Part shown: positions 60,567-64,000 of the stretch, piece by piece | Position numbering within the stretch: position 1 is the stretch's first letter | Layout: the number at the start of each line of letters is the position of its first letter | Assembly (NCBI GenBank): GCA_963796275.1 | Contig: CAWCKY010000001.1 | Location: forward strand, 1,024,001-1,088,000 | Source of the DNA: an uncultured Acidobacteriota bacterium | Lineage (GTDB): Bacteria > Acidobacteriota > Blastocatellia > RBC074 | Reading direction: 5' to 3' | DNA: 64,000 nt | The notes under the pieces: model-generated | Told to the model about the DNA's origin: nothing | Databases searched by the model: none | What the model saw: the letters and a program-made list of their open reading frames with translations, nothing else | Translations under genes and position numbers: made by a program

Positions 60567-63338
60567 CTACTCATAACGTAAGGCCACAAGCGGATCCACG
60601 CGCGTTGCCCGGCGCGCCGGCAGGTAGCCTGCTACAACAGCGACAGCCAACAGCGCTAGCGTAGCCAGACAAATGGTGAAGGGATCGGCTGCGCCGATTC
60701 CGAAGAGTTGACTGGAAACTAGCCGCGCCGCCGCCAAAGCGGCTGGAATCCCGAGGGCGGCGCCGATCAAGGTCAGCCGCAGCGCGTCGCGCAGCACCAG
60801 CCACAGCAGGTCACTACGCTCGGCGCCCAGGGCCATGCGAATGCCGATCTCGTTCGTGCGGCGCGCTACGGCATAAGACAAAATGCCGTACAAGCCGAGG
60901 CACGAGAGAAATAATGCCAGCAAACCAAAGACGCTCGACAGAGTCGCGACGAGGCGTTCCTGCGTGAGCGAAGCAGCGACCTGTCCCTCCAGCGTCTCGA
61001 CTTCAAACATCGGCATGATTGGGTCGAGCGCCCGCGCCTCGCTCTGTACAGCTGCGGCGAGCGGCGTAGGATCGGCAACGGTTCGAACGATCAGCGTCAT
61101 CTGTCCCCGGCCGGTGTTTGCCTGATTGAAGGGAAGGTAGTACATCGGGCGATCCTCTTCGCGAAGACTCTTGTACTTGGCGTCCTTAACCACCCCGATG
61201 ATTTCGATCTCACCGCTTCGTTCGGGAATCCCAATGCCGAAGCGCCGCCCGAGTGGGTTCTCGTTCCCCCAGAAATGGTGTGCCATGCTTTCGTTGATCA
61301 CCGCTACTTTCTGCGCTTCCCAGTCGTCCTGTTCGGTGAAATCGCGCCCGGATACGAGCGGGATGCCAAGAGTGCCAAATGAGTTTGGGTAGACTTGCAT
61401 CCAATGAACTCTCGTCTCTTCGCCGGACTGCGGCGTATAGCCGCGCACATATATCACCTGGTTGAGGTCAGCATCTTGACCCATCACTGCCCATTCGCGT
61501 CGGCTGATCGGGCTGTACCCGACTAGACTTGCCTGTCGCACGCCCGGCAACTTTTCCACGCGGCTCACCAATTCTTCGTAGAGAGCATTGAGCCGAGGTA
61601 AGACGTGCGCGCGCGTCTTTCTATCACTCTCCACCGGTTCGAGCCTCAACACCAATATGTTTTCACGGGCAAAACCGGCATCAACCTGCTTCAACTTCTG
61701 CAGGCTCCGCATAAACAGGCCGGCACCGACAAGGAGCATCAATGACAATGCGACCTGTGCAATGACGAAGACCTGGCCGAAGGTTAAGTGTGCGCCGCGT
61801 CTGCCATACCACTGCGAATCGTTCTTGAGGGTGGCTTGCAGGTCGACGCGCGTCGCCCAGAATGCCGGCGCGAGGCCAAACAACAATCCAGTCAGCGTAG
61901 CCACCGCCGCCGTAAAGCCGAGCACACGGGTGTCAGGGCTGAGGTCGAGATGGAGTGGAAACTCTCCCTGAGACAGTAGGGGCAACAGCAGCCTGGTTCC
62001 CCAATAGGTGAAGAGCAGACCGAGCAGGCCGCCCAGAACGGCAAGCAGAACGCTTTCGGTAAGCAGTTGCCGGATCAGCCGCAGGCGGCCGGCGCCCAGA
62101 GCCAACCGAACCGCGATCTCTTTCCGCCTCGCCGTCGCGCGCGTCAACATCAGGCCTGCCACGTTTGCGCAGACGATCAACAGCACTAAAGCTACGGCGC
62201 TCATCAGGACAAACAGCGATTGTGAGAACTGCCGCCGTAATTCAGACAAGCCTCTGCTGCCCGATACCAAGGTTAATCGCGGTTCGAGCATGGATTGACT
62301 GGGCTGTTTTTTCCCCTTCGGCGAATCTGATAAGCGTGCGAACCGGTCGGCGAGAAACTGCTGATAGACCAGTTTCAAACCGGCTTGAGCCTGATCGATC
62401 GTGACCCCGGGCTGCAACCTTCCCATGACACTGAATCGGTCTCCACCGTACTGCATAAATGATGGAATCCCCGGAGTCACTTGCTCCTGCATCGTCACCG
62501 GGATCGAGATGTCCAATGAACTCCCGACTTCCAACCCGTAGAATTCAGGTGGCGTCACACCGATGATGGTGAATGGCGCACCGCTGAGATGAATCGTCTT
62601 CCCCACGATAGCAGGGTCGCGCGCGAAGCGCTGCTGCCAGTAGTTATGACTGATGACGCAAACAGGCGATGCTCCGGGCGCCCGGTCATCGTCTGGGATA
62701 ATCGTGCGGCCCAGCGCCGCGTTGACGCCCAGAACTGCATAATAATTTCCTGTCACGATCTGACCGGAGACCGCCGGCTCTGGCCGGCCGTCCACGCTCA
62801 CGGTCATCCGCAGCGGGTAGTATCCCAATATCCCGGATAAGACATCATTGTGATCATGGAACCTTTGATAGGCGCTATAAGAGAATCTACTGCTTACCGT
62901 ACGGCTGTTGGTATGACTTAGCAGGACTAGTTGCTCCGGATTTTTGACCGGGAGCATTTTCAAGAGCACCGCATCGATCAGGCTGAAGATCGCCGTGTTG
63001 GCGCCGATGCCCAACGCCAGGGTGAGAACGGCCATACAAGTGAAACCGGGATTCTTCAGCAACATTCGTATGCCGTAACGCAAGTCTTGAATCATCTCAT
63101 CCTCCCATCTTTTCGGTTGCAACCAGAGCGCGTCCATCAATGCTCCCAGGCTGTGCCGCACAAGATCGAGTTTGTTGCGTGCGTTGAGATTGTCCCAATC
63201 GGCCAGCAGCGTTTCGCGGTAATGCAATTCGGCTTCCCATTCTTGATGCCAATCGGCGCGCAAGCGGCTCGGTACGATCACACCGATGATGCGTATCAGC
63301 CGGATCCAGGGCCGCCAGTTACTTCTACGCCACCGCAT
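60567..63338 (-). CDS. ADOP permease, intact, 923 aa
   Basis: WHQEWEAE prefix; [11 protein letters not shown]; CANVAGL; GLYGILSY; [17 protein letters not shown]. Confidence 0.95.
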   Translation of the reverse strand: MRWRRSNWRPWIRLIRIIGVIVPSRLRADWHQEWEAELHYRETLLADWDNLNARNKLDLVRHSLGALMDALWLQPKRWEDEMIQDLRYGIRMLLKNPGFTCMAVLTLALGIGANTAIFSLIDAVLLKMLPVKNPEQLVLLSHTNSRTVSSRFSYSAYQRFHDHNDVLSGILGYYPLRMTVSVDGRPEPAVSGQIVTGNYYAVLGVNAALGRTIIPDDDRAPGASPVCVISHNYWQQRFARDPAIVGKTIHLSGAPFTIIGVTPPEFYGLEVGSSLDISIPVTMQEQVTPGIPSFMQYGGDRFSVMGRLQPGVTIDQAQAGLKLVYQQFLADRFARLSDSPKGKKQPSQSMLEPRLTLVSGSRGLSELRRQFSQSLFVLMSAVALVLLIVCANVAGLMLTRATARRKEIAVRLALGAGRLRLIRQLLTESVLLAVLGGLLGLLFTYWGTRLLLPLLSQGEFPLHLDLSPDTRVLGFTAAVATLTGLLFGLAPAFWATRVDLQATLKNDSQWYGRRGAHLTFGQVFVIAQVALSLMLLVGAGLFMRSLQKLKQVDAGFARENILVLRLEPVESDRKTRAHVLPRLNALYEELVSRVEKLPGVRQASLVGYSPISRREWAVMGQDADLNQVIYVRGYTPQSGEETRVHWMQVYPNSFGTLGIPLVSGRDFTEQDDWEAQKVAVINESMAHHFWGNENPLGRRFGIGIPERSGEIEIIGVVKDAKYKSLREEDRPMYYLPFNQANTGRGQMTLIVRTVADPTPLAAAVQSEARALDPIMPMFEVETLEGQVAASLTQERLVATLSSVFGLLALFLSCLGLYGILSYAVARRTNEIGIRMALGAERSDLLWLVLRDALRLTLIGAALGIPAALAAARLVSSQLFGIGAADPFTICLATLALLAVAVVAGYLPARRATRVDPLVALRYE

Positions 63339-63347
63339 GACTTCACC

Positions 63348-63683
63348 TCAGCTTTTCTCGCCCGCCGGCTTGAGATCACTCGTAGACGTCGGCTCTTCGA
63401 GTCGTTCGAGCAGCCGGAACCGCTTGCGCGCGGCCTCGAGGGCCTCGCTTCCGGTCTTCGTCACTTCGTAATACTTGCGCGCCGGTCGCTGCTCCGCCTG
63501 CGCGACGCTCTGCCGCTCCCACTTCGATGTCACGTATGCCGCATCCTCCAGCCGCCGCAGCGCCGGATAGACCGTGCCGCTCGCCAGCCCCGTCACCGTC
63601 ATCACCTCGAACCCGTACCGGTAACCGTTCTCGATCGCCTGCAGGATCAGCGCCATCGTGTAGGAAAAATATACTTTCCCCAT
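63348..63683 (-). CDS. PadR-family regulator (second subtype)
   Basis: GGAGGAG RBS; [22 protein letters not shown]...[10 protein letters not shown]. Confidence 0.93.
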   Translation of the reverse strand: MGKVYFSYTMALILQAIENGYRYGFEVMTVTGLASGTVYPALRRLEDAAYVTSKWERQSVAQAEQRPARKYYEVTKTGSEALEAARKRFRLLERLEEPTSTSDLKPAGEKS

Positions 63684-63714
63684 CCTTCACTCCTCCGATT
63701 CACTAAAAAGTGTT

Positions 63715-63756
63715 TATAGACACCTATACATATAATCATCTACATAGTGCTGTCAA
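63715..63756 (-). promoter_or_regulatory. Probable promoter/operator of the second padR
   Basis: TTGACA at 63756-63751; palindrome TATAG-ACAC-CTATA 63715-63728; -10 not clear. Confidence 0.5.
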
Positions 63757-63853
63757 GGATTGAGAGAATTAGGGGTAAATTTTTTATGGCTTCTATTATG
63801 GAAGGTTGCGAGGAATTTGCGAGGGGGGATGAAAGGGCCAGTTGAGAAGGCCT

Positions 63854-63959
63854 GATTCACTGCGGAGGCGCAGGGAGCGTTGGGAGACATAGAGGTTAGC
63901 TGGATTTTCAGTTATCGCTCTATGTTTTCTCATCGTCCTTCGCGCCTGCGCGGTGAATC
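63854..63959. repeat. REP-like imperfect inverted repeat
   Basis: GATTCACTGCGGAGGCGC...ACATAGAG / CTCTATGT...GCGCCTGCGCGGTGAATC. Confidence 0.7.
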
Positions 63960-64000
63960 TGCTCACAACGGAGCTGAACCATTGAAATCGAGAAGACGAA

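Noticed and set aside
49580-63338. Diversity-generating retroelement or shufflon acting on the ADOP array
   Set aside because: No reverse transcriptase or site-specific recombinase and no template/variable repeat pair seen

Overview
Chromosomal window, most likely from an acidobacterium (inferred from the ADOP-type orphan permeases with PadR regulators, the acidobacterial VWA protein and Oar-like TonB-dependent receptors). From left to right: ndk; a DUF3857/transglutaminase gene pair; treY; a stress-type cluster (stand-alone Clp D2 ATPase, an unannotated lmo0937-like peptide, DUF883/holin-like/DUF3618 genes, hybrid kinase plus NtrC-type sigma54 activator); a NarL-type two-component system; hydrolase, VWA protein and corA; two TonB-dependent receptors; two IS200-like Y1 transposases with REP-like repeats; metabolic genes; and an array of ADOP permeases with two PadR genes. 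Main new observation: eight sigma54 (-24/-12) promoter motifs, seven within 9.0-19.7 kb. Two of them precede no credible protein gene but instead structured, terminator-ended RNAs of about 140-160 nt (about 9254-9414 and 17079-17219). Both RNAs display GGG(G)AG in loops, a motif also present in the leader of the neighbouring sigma54 stress operon, suggesting an undescribed sigma54/sRNA circuit. Several single-base frameshifts (treY, one TBDR, ADOP permeases) may be long-read assembly errors. Family assignments come from motif recognition by eye; no database searches were run.
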